From Methanothermobacter thermautotrophicus str. Delta H (GTDB taxonomy: Archaea > Methanobacteriota > Methanobacteria > Methanobacteriales > Methanothermobacteraceae): 32,000 nt of DNA. Every line of letters starts with the position of its first letter. The first letter of the stretch is position 1. The notes below the pieces were generated by a model. The model saw only the letters and a list, made by a program, of their open reading frames with translations, searched no databases and was not told where the DNA came from. The DNA is taken from positions 630,001 to 662,000 of the forward strand of contig NC_000916.1 of NCBI RefSeq assembly GCF_000008645.1. Direction: 5' to 3'. The translations under genes and the position numbers were made by a program. This document shows positions 21,591-31,746 of this stretch, one piece after another.

Positions 21591-22757
21591 ATGATGATAA
21601 GATCAAAGTACGCCTTCCTCCAGAAGCTCACAAGGGACCTCAAAATGAAATCAATAAACATAGGAGAGGAACTGGAGGGAGCAACACCCCCATCGGTCTT
21701 CATAGGTAGCTGGAATTACCCTAAGGTTTATGCGGGCCCCATGATAGCCCCTGTACAGGAGGAAGTGGAAATATTTGACTCCCCCGAGCGATGGATACCA
21801 GAAAGAAAGACACAGGAGGAGATCATAGACTACCGTCTCAACCTTGTAAGGGGAAAACAGCTGGTGGGCGTCCGCGACCTGGACAATCACCTCGTGGAAA
21901 AACTCCAGGAGATATCCCTCTCATCAGGGGCCATTGAAAGCGAGGCCCAGTTCAGAAGGAAACCGCGAGGACTCTTTTTCAGCGAAGAACAGACGCCCCA
22001 CGGTCCCAGCGCAGTTCTTGAGAACTTTGAGATAGAAAACGTGAAATGGGACCGTGAACTTGAGAGGGCCTACCATGACACTGACCTCAGGGCACGGGAG
22101 GCCATAGTCGAGCTCCACAGGAAGGGCACCCCCTTCTCGGCTGTACAGAAGGCACTCTCAGTCGGTGCCCTCGGCGAAGGGAAAAGGAGAAAACTTGTAC
22201 CGACAAGGTGGTCAATAACAGCCTGTGACAGTACCCTCGCCGACCACTTCCTCGAAAGGGTCCTTGAATATGAGCCCATAGACACCTTCAGGGTCCATGA
22301 GTTTGAGAGCCTCAAAAACCATTACCTGATACTCCTGACACCCTCAGAGTGGCAGTATGAATGGATGGAGGCCTTCATGAAGAGGGACGGTCGTGCAATG
22401 ATATTCTCAGACCATGAGACCGGTAAGGGTAAGAGGGAATATTCAAGGGTGGGTGGCTGCTACTACAGCGCCAAGATGGCTGTCCTCGATGCCCTGGACC
22501 GGGAGGAAAAACAGGCCGGGGCAATCATCCTGAGGGAGGCCTACCCTGGCTACGTGCCCCTCGGAGTATTCAATGTGAGGGAGAACGTGAAAAATGCCAT
22601 GGATACAGAACCCACCATGTTCAATGACCTGAGGGGTGCACTTGAATTCATTGACAGTAAGCTTAAACTTGGACTTGAGGCCTTCAGGGTGAGGAGCAAC
22701 CTCCTGAAGGAACTTGAAGTATCCAGACAGACAACCCTTGACTCGTTCTTCAGGTGA
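21591..22757 (+). CDS. nre: Nre family DNA repair protein with C-terminal PIP box
   Basis: [48 protein letters not shown] and C-terminal QTTLDSFF (PCNA-interacting motif). Confidence 0.88.
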   Translation: MMIRSKYAFLQKLTRDLKMKSINIGEELEGATPPSVFIGSWNYPKVYAGPMIAPVQEEVEIFDSPERWIPERKTQEEIIDYRLNLVRGKQLVGVRDLDNHLVEKLQEISLSSGAIESEAQFRRKPRGLFFSEEQTPHGPSAVLENFEIENVKWDRELERAYHDTDLRAREAIVELHRKGTPFSAVQKALSVGALGEGKRRKLVPTRWSITACDSTLADHFLERVLEYEPIDTFRVHEFESLKNHYLILLTPSEWQYEWMEAFMKRDGRAMIFSDHETGKGKREYSRVGGCYYSAKMAVLDALDREEKQAGAIILREAYPGYVPLGVFNVRENVKNAMDTEPTMFNDLRGALEFIDSKLKLGLEAFRVRSNLLKELEVSRQTTLDSFFR

Positions 22758-22761
22758 TAGT

Positions 22762-23724
22762 ATGAAGCTGAAATTCAGAGAACCCTCTGCAGAGGCGAGG
22801 AGGGCCGTGTGCCGCTCTGCACTCTACGGTGAGAAACATGACCCTGAGGCCCGGATCAGGAAGGTGACCGGACACAGATACGCCAGGTTACTCAACAGCG
22901 GAAATGCGGCCATACTTCTCCTGGCCCACCGCCTTGAGGGGCCCCTCCTGGTACCCGACCAGGGGGGCTGGAGGGGATTTATGAGGATCCCCGAGATAAC
23001 CGGAAGGGAGGTCCTGACCGTGAAGACAGACCTTGGGCTCCTGGACCCGGAGGTCCTCGATGCAAGGCTGACTGAGACAGGTGCCAGTGCACTCCTTGTG
23101 ACGAGCTTTGCAGGTTACACGGCAGAACAGCCCATCAGGGAACTTGCAGATGTCTGCAGATCCCACGGGGCTCTTCTGGTTGAGGACGCCTCAGGTAGCG
23201 TCTCAGACCCCCTTGAGAGACTCTGCAATGGCAAAATCAGTGACATCATAATAGCATCCACAGGTGCCCCGAAGACCGTGAACGCAGGTGGTGGGGGATT
23301 CATATCAACATCAGTCCCGCAAATTGTGCAGCAGGACATGCTCCTCTCCTCCCTCAAAGCTGACCCATACGTGAGGGCGGCTGTGGCCCTTGAGCTGGAA
23401 GCTGCAGAGAGGAACCTTACAGAGACCCTCAGAGCCTGCAGCTACCTCAAGGAGAACCTTGAAGGGGTCCTGCACCCCGATAAGAGGGGTATAAACGTCA
23501 TAATACCATCCAGTGATCCCCGTGGTGATGTGAAGCGCCTCAGAAAGGTTATAAACGCCGACGGTAGAAGCATATTCACTCCCTGTCCCTCCTATGACCG
23601 GGTCCTTGAGAATGCAGTTGCAGTTGAGGTTAAAAACCTTGATGTGGGTTCTCTGACCCCTGAAAACCTTGAGGCGATGGCCGAGTTAATCTCTTCAACC
23701 ATGGGGGCGACTAGGCCACGGTGA
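22762..23724 (+). CDS. PLP-dependent aminotransferase-fold protein (DegT/DnrJ-like), function unknown
   Basis: MKLKFREPSAEARRAV..., LLNSGNAAILLL, LLVEDASGSV and putative PLP-lysine segment STGAPKTVNAGGGGFIST. Start chosen at 22762, after the nre stop. Confidence 0.65.
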   Translation: MKLKFREPSAEARRAVCRSALYGEKHDPEARIRKVTGHRYARLLNSGNAAILLLAHRLEGPLLVPDQGGWRGFMRIPEITGREVLTVKTDLGLLDPEVLDARLTETGASALLVTSFAGYTAEQPIRELADVCRSHGALLVEDASGSVSDPLERLCNGKISDIIIASTGAPKTVNAGGGGFISTSVPQIVQQDMLLSSLKADPYVRAAVALELEAAERNLTETLRACSYLKENLEGVLHPDKRGINVIIPSSDPRGDVKRLRKVINADGRSIFTPCPSYDRVLENAVAVEVKNLDVGSLTPENLEAMAELISSTMGATRPR

Positions 23725-24181
23725 GCATTGTGGTCCTCTCCAGGAGGGCCTCTCCAACACCGACTGTCTCAGCCTCCCCTCCAAGGTCGTAGATCCTCCT
23801 CAGATATTCCTCATCAGGTTCGAGGACCCCATCATCCCTTTCAAAAATTGAATCCAGAAATTTAATCACTTCATCTCCACAGTCAACAAGGACGGCACAG
23901 ATCTCCATTTCACCCTCTTTGATGCCCAGGAGCTCAATGGTCCTGCTTATCTGCCTCATACCCGCAACGCGGAGGCATATCTCTATCCCCATGTCACTGG
24001 AGATGTTCTGGCCCCTCTCAAAGGCCTTCAGTGCATGGATTGCCCCATGGATGGCATGTTCCCTGCCTGCAACTGCCCTGGCATCCATAAGCTGAACCGT
24101 GCATGGAAAACCTTTCATCTCATCAAGGAGCCCCGTGAGGTCTCTGACAACTCCACGGTAGCCTCTAACGTCTAAATTCAT
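23711..24181 (-). CDS. KEOPS complex subunit Cgi121-like protein
   Basis: HAIHGAIHALKAFERGQNISSDMGIEICLRVAGMRQISRTIELLGIKEGE resembles the Cgi121 core. Start ATG 24181 (MNLDVRGYRG) has SD GAGGGTG overlapping the upstream gene's stop; the track's longer start at 24259 would overlap that gene. Confidence 0.7.
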   Translation of the reverse strand: MNLDVRGYRGVVRDLTGLLDEMKGFPCTVQLMDARAVAGREHAIHGAIHALKAFERGQNISSDMGIEICLRVAGMRQISRTIELLGIKEGEMEICAVLVDCGDEVIKFLDSIFERDDGVLEPDEEYLRRIYDLGGEAETVGVGEALLERTTMLTVA

Positions 24182-24191
24182 ATTAGCACCC

Positions 24192-25682
24192 TCAATGAGT
24201 CCCTTCAGATTTTTCATTTGCCAGGAGCCTGTTAACACCGCTGAGGAAGGCCTCGACACTGGCCATTATGATGTCTGGCTGTGTGCTCCTTGCACTTATT
24301 ATCCTGTCCCCGTGTCTGAGTTTTATGACAACGTCTATGAGGGCATCTGTACCCCCTGTGATGGCATCCACGTGGTACTCCTCAAGTGTTATGTCTGCAA
24401 AGTCCTCGAGGCTCTTCTTTATGGCAACTATCGCTGCGTCCACGGGACCAACACCGGTACCTGCCTCAAGTACCTCCCTGTCATCGACTCGGAGCTTGAC
24501 GGATGCTGTGGGCGTCACCCGGTTACCTGAGACTATGGTGACCTCCTGGAGGTCAACCACCTTGTCCTCCATGACCCCGAGGACATCCTCGGCTATTGCC
24601 TGGAGATCCACATCGGTAACGCATTTACCCATATCCCCCAGTGTCTTGACCCTCCTGAATATCTCCATGAGTTTATCATCGGCGACCTTCATTCCGAGTT
24701 CATCAAGTCGCTTCCTGAGGGCATGGGTGCCTATATGTTTGCCCATCACGAACCCTCTCCCGTGACCAACCATCTCAGGTGTTATTGGCTCATAGGTTTC
24801 AGCCTTCTTGAGGACACCGTCGGCGTGTATCCCTGATTCATGGGCGAAGGCATTTTCTCCCACTATGGCCTTGTTTGGCTGGAGGTATACACCGGTCATC
24901 CTTGCAACCATCCTCGATGTCTCATAGAGCATCTCTATGTTGATACTGGTGTCCACATCATAGAGGGATTTAAGGGCCACGACAACCTCCTCAAGGGCTG
25001 CGTTGCCTGCCCTTTCACCTATACCGTTTATTGTTGCATGGACCTCCGATGCCCCCGCCCTTAGACCTGCAAGGGAGTTTGCGACTGCAAGGCCGAAGTC
25101 GTTGTGGCAGTGCACACTCAGTGGTGCCCCGAGTTCTGAGAGTCCCCTGTAGAACTCATAGGAACGTTCTGGTGTGAGTATGCCGACGGTGTCACAGGCG
25201 CATATCCTCTCTGCACCGGCCTCTATACCCTCCCTGAAGATGGTCCGGAGGAAGTCCATGTCACTTCTTGTTGAGTCCTCTGCTGAGAGTTCGACCAGAA
25301 TACCATGGTCCACTGCATACTCTGTGCAGTCCACCGCCTGCTCGAGGACCTCCTCCCTTGTCTTTCGGAGTTTGTGTTCAAGGTGCAGGTCAGATGTTGG
25401 GACCACCAGGTGCACACTGTCAACGTCACATGAGATTGCAGCGTCTATGTCCTCCCGCACAGCCCTTGCGAAGCTGCAGATCTCTGCCCTCAAACCCTCT
25501 GATGTGATTTTCCTGATACCTTCCCTTTCACCCTCTGATGTGATTGCTGAGCCTGCCTCAATGATGTCTGCGCCCAGTGCATCGATTTTGAGTGCTATTC
25601 TCAGTTTTTCCTCAGGGGTGAGTGAAACCCCCGGTGTCTGTTCTCCATCCCTCAGTGTGGTATCAAGTACTCTAACCTGCAA
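24192..25682 (-). CDS. leuA: 2-isopropylmalate synthase / (R)-citramalate synthase family (LeuA-type) with C-terminal regulatory domain
   Basis: [64 protein letters not shown] and allosteric domain [12 protein letters not shown]. LeuA and CimA activity cannot be separated here. Confidence 0.88.
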   Translation of the reverse strand: MQVRVLDTTLRDGEQTPGVSLTPEEKLRIALKIDALGADIIEAGSAITSEGEREGIRKITSEGLRAEICSFARAVREDIDAAISCDVDSVHLVVPTSDLHLEHKLRKTREEVLEQAVDCTEYAVDHGILVELSAEDSTRSDMDFLRTIFREGIEAGAERICACDTVGILTPERSYEFYRGLSELGAPLSVHCHNDFGLAVANSLAGLRAGASEVHATINGIGERAGNAALEEVVVALKSLYDVDTSINIEMLYETSRMVARMTGVYLQPNKAIVGENAFAHESGIHADGVLKKAETYEPITPEMVGHGRGFVMGKHIGTHALRKRLDELGMKVADDKLMEIFRRVKTLGDMGKCVTDVDLQAIAEDVLGVMEDKVVDLQEVTIVSGNRVTPTASVKLRVDDREVLEAGTGVGPVDAAIVAIKKSLEDFADITLEEYHVDAITGGTDALIDVVIKLRHGDRIISARSTQPDIIMASVEAFLSGVNRLLANEKSEGTH

Positions 25683-25831
25683 TTTAATCCCCTTTAAGGT
25701 GTTCGGAAAATAGTTATGTAGAGTTTGGTTTTAAATGGTATATATGGTTAAGTGCCCATTTATGTGCAGTGGATACTGGCGATTTCATCGTCTGTGGTAC
25801 CGGTATCAGATACCAGCCTCCACCTGACGTA

Positions 25832-26842
25832 CTAAACCCTCTCAATGACCCTTATAACCCTTGTGAGGCTCCTGTGCATCCTCATTGAGTACCTCTCCCT
25901 GATGCTGAATCTTTCATCAATGAGGCTCTCCAGGTCGAGGTAGTGGGGTGCTGCCATGCAGATCATGCCCCCCTCTGCAAGGTTTGAGTGTGCAGAGTCC
26001 AGGAATTCCCTGTAAAGCTTCTCACTCTTCTCACCTGCAGTTGAAGCTGATATACCGTAGGGGGGATCGGTCACTATGGCGTCGACCTTCTCGTCGAGCC
26101 TCAGATCCCTTGCATCAGACCTTATAACCTCGAAGTCGGTTATACCGTAATGCTGAAGGTTTTCACGGGTGCCCTCAACCATCCTCCAGTCTATATCGGC
26201 CCCCACAACCCTCACACCCATGAGGCCCGCCTCTATGAGTATCCCGCCTGTACCGCAGAAGGGGTCAAGGATCCTGTCACCTGCCTTCACCCCTGAGAGG
26301 TTGACCATGCACCTTGCGAGTTTGGGGCTCATTGAACCAGGGTAGAAGAAGGGTCTCTTGTGGGGTCTGGCCTGGTTGAAGTGTTCCTTGCTGATGACTG
26401 CGAGCCTCCTTGTGAGTATGAACCTGTCATTAATGAGTACCGGTCTTATCAGGGTCCAGGGCTTCTCAAGGTCAACCTTCAGTCCAGTATCCTCCTTTAT
26501 GATCGCTCCGATGGTCCTCTCGAGTGTCCTGGAATCCACATCGCCACACAGTTTTCTTATCCTCACCGCGAAGCTTTCCCTGACGTATTTACTCCAGTCA
26601 ATTTCCTCTGCAGCATCATCCAGATCATCAGCAGCCGCATATCCTATGACCTCAGAGATCTCATGGGCATAGGCTAACCTTTTTTTAAGGATCTTCCATG
26701 TACTCCTGGGAGCATCTATGACCTCATATCCACTTCCGGATTCAATAACACTGAAATCTATCCCCTCCGACATCAAAACGGACCTTAGTTCCGCCGATGG
26801 GAGTTCAGGGTGCTCCTGTGAGAGTAACACCATCATTTCCAT
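25832..26842 (-). CDS. THUMP-domain SAM-dependent tRNA (guanine(10)-N2)-methyltransferase family
   Basis: HFNQARPHKRPFFYPGSMSPKLARCMVNLSG, DPFCGTGGILIEAG, TDPPYG. Confidence 0.88.
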   Translation of the reverse strand: MEMMVLLSQEHPELPSAELRSVLMSEGIDFSVIESGSGYEVIDAPRSTWKILKKRLAYAHEISEVIGYAAADDLDDAAEEIDWSKYVRESFAVRIRKLCGDVDSRTLERTIGAIIKEDTGLKVDLEKPWTLIRPVLINDRFILTRRLAVISKEHFNQARPHKRPFFYPGSMSPKLARCMVNLSGVKAGDRILDPFCGTGGILIEAGLMGVRVVGADIDWRMVEGTRENLQHYGITDFEVIRSDARDLRLDEKVDAIVTDPPYGISASTAGEKSEKLYREFLDSAHSNLAEGGMICMAAPHYLDLESLIDERFSIRERYSMRMHRSLTRVIRVIERV

Positions 26843-27960
26843 ATTCCTGCCACCTTAGACGTGAGGATGGATGGTATTATCCTGAACAGGATTCCCCTCT
26901 TCAGGAACTCCCTGATGAGGGGTGTCTGTCTGTCCATGTCCCCGTATTCTGATATTATATCCTCTGCACCGTACTCCTTCATCTTAAGGAATATGTGGTC
27001 AAGGTCCTTGTCTGAGAGTAGTCTGAAGGTCCTCTGAACCCTCATCTGGTTCTTCATCTCTGACATGTGGATCTTCCTGCAGGCATCCTCATATTCTTTG
27101 AGGTCTGCATCCCCCTCAAGGACCCCCTGGATGACCTCTGCCGCCACCCCTGCAGCACGGGAAGCCAGAACTATGCCCCCACCAGTTGTGGGTTTAACCT
27201 GCCCGGCAGCATCTCCAAGAAGAATGCATCTCCCCCTTACGAGTCTCAAATCAAGGTCTGGTCTGGGGATGAACCCATGGTGGGACTCAAGGATCTCAAA
27301 GTCGCTGCTGAGGTCTGAGATGAAGCCTTTAAGGAATTCCTTCAGGTTCTGCTGGGGTCCGAAGACACCCACCCTCGCCGTCTGTTCATCTATGGGTATC
27401 CTCCACATAAAGCCCGGAGAGAGGCGGGAGTCAACCTTGAGGTCCACGAAGTCAGTGTCCATCTCACTGTCCCTGAACCTCACAAGGTACTGTCTCGCAG
27501 GGTACCTGCTGGGTGCGGCGGACTGCCCCCTTGCATCCACAAGAACATCCGCACTGAGTTCATCGCCATTTACCCTGACATGACCTGTTTTCTCATTGAA
27601 ATCCCTCACCGCAGTTCCCTTCGTCAACTCTGCGCCTGCTTCCATCGCGAGTTCTGCAAGATGCTGGTCATAGGCTGTCCTGTCAATTACATGGGCCTCT
27701 GGTCTGTCCTTAGAAACCCTGAGTTTTATGCCTGATGGTGAATGGAGAACAGCGCCCCTCACACTGTTCAGTATAAATTCATCAGGGAGCACGTTAACCT
27801 CCATTATTCTGTGTGATACGAGTCCTGCACACTGAAGTGGCAGACCGATTATCTTCTTCCTCTCAAAGAGGCCAACCCTGAATCCTTTAGTGGCTGTGAG
27901 CCTTGCAAGGGTTGAACCGGCAGGCCCGGCCCCCATTATGAGAACATCGTAATCAGTCAT
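26833..27960 (-). CDS. Geranylgeranyl reductase family FAD-dependent oxidoreductase
   Basis: VLIMGAGPAGSTLARLTA, LPLQCAGLVS, LLGDAAGQVKPTTGGGI. Confidence 0.85.
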   Translation of the reverse strand: MTDYDVLIMGAGPAGSTLARLTATKGFRVGLFERKKIIGLPLQCAGLVSHRIMEVNVLPDEFILNSVRGAVLHSPSGIKLRVSKDRPEAHVIDRTAYDQHLAELAMEAGAELTKGTAVRDFNEKTGHVRVNGDELSADVLVDARGQSAAPSRYPARQYLVRFRDSEMDTDFVDLKVDSRLSPGFMWRIPIDEQTARVGVFGPQQNLKEFLKGFISDLSSDFEILESHHGFIPRPDLDLRLVRGRCILLGDAAGQVKPTTGGGIVLASRAAGVAAEVIQGVLEGDADLKEYEDACRKIHMSEMKNQMRVQRTFRLLSDKDLDHIFLKMKEYGAEDIISEYGDMDRQTPLIREFLKRGILFRIIPSILTSKVAGIWK

Positions 27961-28010
27961 CCCTGCCCTCCCTTCTGTATCTCTTAAATTTCCTTGAGTG
28001 TCTCTCCATT

Positions 28011-28104
28011 ATGGATTCATCACCGCGCCTATCCACCGCAAACTTACCGTCAGATCCCATGGATTCATCACCGCGCCTATCCACCACAAACTTACCGTCA
28101 GATT
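28011..28104. repeat. Two-copy tandem repeat, 48-bp period
   Basis: atggattcatcaccgcgcctatccaccRcaaacttaccgtcagat at 28011 and 28059, one internal mismatch. Confidence 0.9.
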
Positions 28105-28109
28105 CCTTC

Positions 28110-28724
28110 TCATCCTACGGGTCTCCAGAATTCCGGGTCTGCAAATCCTGGCTCCCTCCTTCTACTGGATGATAGTTCCCTGAGGATCTCCTCTACATCA
28201 TCATATCCCCTCTCTGTGAACCTGCTAATATGGTACTCAATCTTTGAGGGGGATGGTGCATCCCTGAGTATTATGTTGGTGCCCTCGTGGCCCCCATGGA
28301 TCTCCAGATCCGCAGAGTCAAGGAGCCTCTCTGTTATGCTCTGTGAGAAGGATACGTCCACTATCTTCCTGTGGTTTATGTAGTATCTCCTCTTCCATAG
28401 GACCCCCTCCTCAACCATGACCCTCTGGTCGGTGATTATGTAGCGCCTGTTCCTCCAGGAGATCACATCCCAGAGGATGGAGAGGAGGATTATGATTATT
28501 ATGCCTGTAAGAAGCCATGCGACCTTCTCAGCTACTGTGACACCATAATTTGCAATCAGGAGATTGTCAAGTGCCCCGGCTCCCTCAACTATCCACTGGA
28601 AGAGGTATAGTATTATCACGGCTGACAGGGCCTTTATTATGGTTGATTTTGAGTTGAGGATGAACCGCGGCCTTGTCTCATATAAAATTCTCTCACCTGG
28701 ATGTAACCTGTCCCTGCCAAACAT
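28110..28724 (-). CDS. PH-domain membrane protein (YdbS/YdbT-like, bPH2)
   Basis: HPGERILYETRPRFILNSK, two TM segments, WRNRRYIITDQRVMVEEGVLWKRRYYINHRKIVDVSFSQS. Confidence 0.75.
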   Translation of the reverse strand: MFGRDRLHPGERILYETRPRFILNSKSTIIKALSAVIILYLFQWIVEGAGALDNLLIANYGVTVAEKVAWLLTGIIIIILLSILWDVISWRNRRYIITDQRVMVEEGVLWKRRYYINHRKIVDVSFSQSITERLLDSADLEIHGGHEGTNIILRDAPSPSKIEYHISRFTERGYDDVEEILRELSSSRRREPGFADPEFWRPVG

Positions 28725-28867
28725 GTTATCACAGAACTGACATATAGTTGTTAAAAGAAGTTAACTACAATGAGGATTAATTTGTTGTATATGTTTTTAT
28801 ATGTAATGGTTGGAGATTGATCCCCTCTGATGTCTCATTTAATGTATTAGAGAGCTGGTGTGGAACC

Positions 28868-29587
28868 ATGGAAAGGATAGTTATCGGTGAGACCCGCATA
28901 AATCTCAGGACAGAACTAAGGAACCATGGACTCTCTGGATTCGTTCTGGGAGAGAGGATGAAGCTCATGGATTATATCCGGAGAAATCCCGAGTTTTTAA
29001 CATCCCTTGAACCCATAGTGGTGTCTGAGGGCCCTCTCATCGTCAGGATGATGTCCCGGGCCTCACGGAAGGCTGAGGTTGGACCCATGGCATCGGTTGC
29101 AGGGACAATATCCCAGCTCTCACTCATGCACCTCATGGGTAAGGGTTCGCGGTGCAGCATAATCGACAACGGCGGTGACATCGCCCTTGTTAACAACCGC
29201 AAAATCACTGTGGGTCTCTATGCTGGATCTTCATCACTCTCAGGGACTGTGGGCTTCCTTCTGAAGCCAGGCGGTCCCAGGGGTGTATGCACATCCTCGG
29301 GGACTGTGGGGCACTCCATAAGCTTCGGGAGGGCAGATTCTGTGACAGTTTTTGCATCTGAGGCCAGCACAGCAGACGCCCTTGCAACCTCAATAGCAAA
29401 CAGTGCGAATGGCCCTGATGATATATCAGCCGTTGAGAATGCCCTTGAAAGGGCTGATGACTTCAGGGAGCATTTCCGGGGTGTTATGGTTGTGGTGGGT
29501 GAACATGCAGGTACCGTCGGCAGAATACCTCGACTTGTAATGACTGATAGAAAGGCTGTTCTTGGTGACCTCTGGGATGAGGTATAG
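28868..29587 (+). CDS. UPF0280 family protein (ApbE-like fold)
   Basis: PMASVAGTISQL, IIDNGGDIAL, GVCTSSGTVGHSISFGRADSVTVFA. Start chosen at MERIVIGETRI; the track start 28817 is longer. Confidence 0.8.
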   Translation: MERIVIGETRINLRTELRNHGLSGFVLGERMKLMDYIRRNPEFLTSLEPIVVSEGPLIVRMMSRASRKAEVGPMASVAGTISQLSLMHLMGKGSRCSIIDNGGDIALVNNRKITVGLYAGSSSLSGTVGFLLKPGGPRGVCTSSGTVGHSISFGRADSVTVFASEASTADALATSIANSANGPDDISAVENALERADDFREHFRGVMVVVGEHAGTVGRIPRLVMTDRKAVLGDLWDEV

Positions 29588-29713
29588 GAATAACTAAGGG
29601 CTTTAACCAGATACAATGACACCAGACAGAATAAGTAAATAAGTAATTCCCTAACACTGCAAAATTAGAAGAGCACCTGATCCTAAGAACAGAATTTAAT
29701 GCGATCTAGTTAA

Positions 29714-29732
29714 CCACTTTAAAAAGAAGTGG
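29714..29732. terminator. Possible hairpin between convergent genes
   Basis: ccactt-taaaaag-aagtgg inverted repeat. Confidence 0.3.
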
Positions 29733-29813
29733 GGTTATAGATTACAGCCTCAGATCGCCCATCAGTCATCACTTCTCAGAGCTCATAGGGTTCATCACAG
29801 GCCATAATCAGTA

Positions 29814-31046
29814 TTAACCGAACATCACGCCGGTTTCCTGTTTGTATTCCTCCTCCTTCTCAACACCCATTATCTTATCAACGGCATCCATGAAGTCAGC
29901 CATTGTGACCTCATCACGCTCATCCCTGATTGCAAACATACCTGCCTCGGTACATATTGCCTTGAGGTCTGCGCCTGATGCCCCATCGGTTATCCTTGCA
30001 AGGAGTTCAATATCGACCTCCTCTGCAAGGGCCATTCCTGAGGTGTGTATCTTGAGTATCTCCCTTCTACCATCCTCATTTGGTAGAGGTACCTCAATGA
30101 ACCTGTCAAATCTTCCTGGACGGAGGAGTGCCGGGTCAAGTATGTCTGGTCTGTTGGTTGCTGCAACTATACCGACATTACCCCTTGATTCGAATCCATC
30201 AAGCTCTGCAAGGAGCTGCATGAGTGTCCTCTGAACCTCCCTGTCACCGCTTGTTGAACTCTTAAGCCTCTTGGCTGCCACGGCGTCAATTTCGTCTATG
30301 AATATTATGCTCGGGGATTTCTCCTTGGCCAGCTCAAAGACTCCCCTCACGAGCCTTGCGCCCTCACCTATGTATTTCCTGACGAACTCTGATGCAACTA
30401 TCTTTATGAATGTTGCATTGGTCTCATGGGCGACGGCCTTTGCCAGGAGTGTTTTACCTGTACCAGGTGGTCCATAGAGGAGTACGCCCTTGGGTGGCTC
30501 TATACCTATCTTTTCAAAGAGTTCCGGTTTTTTGAGCGGTAATTCAACTGTCTCCTTGACCTCGCGTACCTGTTCCTCAAGGCCACCTATCTGCTCATAG
30601 GAGACATCTGGTTTTTCCTCGACTTCCATGCCCGTCACAACGGGGTCCTTCTCAGATGGAAGTACATCCACTATGCTGAAGGTCTGCTGGTTCAGTGCAA
30701 CCCTTGCACCGGGCTCCAGCTGCTTTCTATCTATGAATCTTGAATAATTTATTACGAAGTGGGGTCCGGTTGTACTCTTAACTGCGACCCTGTGATCATC
30801 AAGAACCTCTGTTACTGTGGCTATGACCAGTGGAGGGGTTCTGAACCTTTCGATTTCACCACGAAGGGATTTAACTTCCCTGTCAAGCCTTGTCCTCTCA
30901 TTTTCAATTAAAAGTTTGTCCTTCTCAAGTTTTCTGATTTTCCACATCAGATTTCTTTTTGTCTTGGAGTTTTCCTCTTTAAGCATTCTAACTTCTTTTT
31001 TGAGGTCCTCAATCTTTTTTAATACATTCTGGGAGTTATTTTCCAT
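29814..31046 (-). CDS. pan: Proteasome-activating nucleotidase (PAN AAA+ ATPase)
   Basis: N-terminal coiled coil, OB-like domain, Walker [16 protein letters not shown], Walker [33 protein letters not shown]. Confidence 0.96.
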   Translation of the reverse strand: MENNSQNVLKKIEDLKKEVRMLKEENSKTKRNLMWKIRKLEKDKLLIENERTRLDREVKSLRGEIERFRTPPLVIATVTEVLDDHRVAVKSTTGPHFVINYSRFIDRKQLEPGARVALNQQTFSIVDVLPSEKDPVVTGMEVEEKPDVSYEQIGGLEEQVREVKETVELPLKKPELFEKIGIEPPKGVLLYGPPGTGKTLLAKAVAHETNATFIKIVASEFVRKYIGEGARLVRGVFELAKEKSPSIIFIDEIDAVAAKRLKSSTSGDREVQRTLMQLLAELDGFESRGNVGIVAATNRPDILDPALLRPGRFDRFIEVPLPNEDGRREILKIHTSGMALAEEVDIELLARITDGASGADLKAICTEAGMFAIRDERDEVTMADFMDAVDKIMGVEKEEEYKQETGVMFG

Positions 31047-31152
31047 GATTTTAGAACACTCCTATTTAAATTTTGTTGTATACTATCTTGTTTCTAGTAA
31101 TATTTAAATATTGGGGTGGGATAAATCTAGTATAAAATAAAAAGGGATCTTC

Positions 31153-31620
31153 ATGAGATGCGAGATTTGCGGTAAAAAGATTGTTGGAAAACCTTTAAAG
31201 ACAAAAATCGATAGTTCAGTCATGGAAGTATGCAGGGAATGCTCAAAGTTCGGTAAAATCATCAGAGAACCCACAACACCCCGTAAAAAAAGTTTCAGGA
31301 AGCCCCAGAAAAGGTCCAGGAGACCCATGGATACCGTGTACGAGGTCGTTGAGGACTACGGAAGGATCATAAGAACTGAAAGGGAGAAGAGGGACTGGTC
31401 AAGGGAGGATCTCGCTGAGAGGATCAACGAGAAGGTATCCGTCATAAACAGGATTGAATCCGAGAGGATGGAACCCGATATTAAGCTCGCAAGGAAGCTT
31501 GAAAGGCTCCTCAAAATAAAACTCCTTGAAAAATTTGAGGCCGATGATCTGGAGAAATCAGAGGGTGGCGGGTTCCGCGGAGCCACGATAGGTGACATTG
31601 CAAGAATAAAGAGGGGTTAA
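31153..31620 (+). CDS. aMBF1-like transcriptional regulator (zinc ribbon plus HTH)
   Basis: MRCEICGKKI...VCRECSKFG zinc ribbon; HTH DYGRIIRTEREKRDWSREDLAERINEKVSVINRIESERMEPD. Confidence 0.9.
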   Translation: MRCEICGKKIVGKPLKTKIDSSVMEVCRECSKFGKIIREPTTPRKKSFRKPQKRSRRPMDTVYEVVEDYGRIIRTEREKRDWSREDLAERINEKVSVINRIESERMEPDIKLARKLERLLKIKLLEKFEADDLEKSEGGGFRGATIGDIARIKRG

Positions 31621-31638
31621 AGTCCCAAAAAAATTATT

Positions 31639-31721
31639 TCTAAAAATTATTTTAGACACCCACGGCGGATGTTGCAGGAATAAAAATGGATTAAAGTCCA
31701 TTTTCTAAAAATTATTTTAGA
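31639..31721. terminator. Convergent intergenic termination region: 18-mer tctaaaaattattttaga at 31639-31656 and 31704-31721, plus hairpin aaaatgga-ttaaag-tccatttt (31683-31704)
   Basis: Direct reading; located between convergent CDSs. Confidence 0.5.
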
Positions 31722-31746
31722 ATCCCATTTCATCCGAATTTTCTCT

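Noticed and set aside
24195-25713. Plus-strand ORFs over the LeuA-type gene (24268-24765, 25174-25713)
   Set aside because: Ser/Thr/Arg-rich shadow frames of a well-supported enzyme gene on the other strand.
27994-28383. Plus-strand 129-aa ORF with WIHHRAYPPQTYRQIP repeats
   Set aside because: The repeat is the 48-bp DNA duplication read on the opposite strand, and the rest is antisense to the PH-domain gene.
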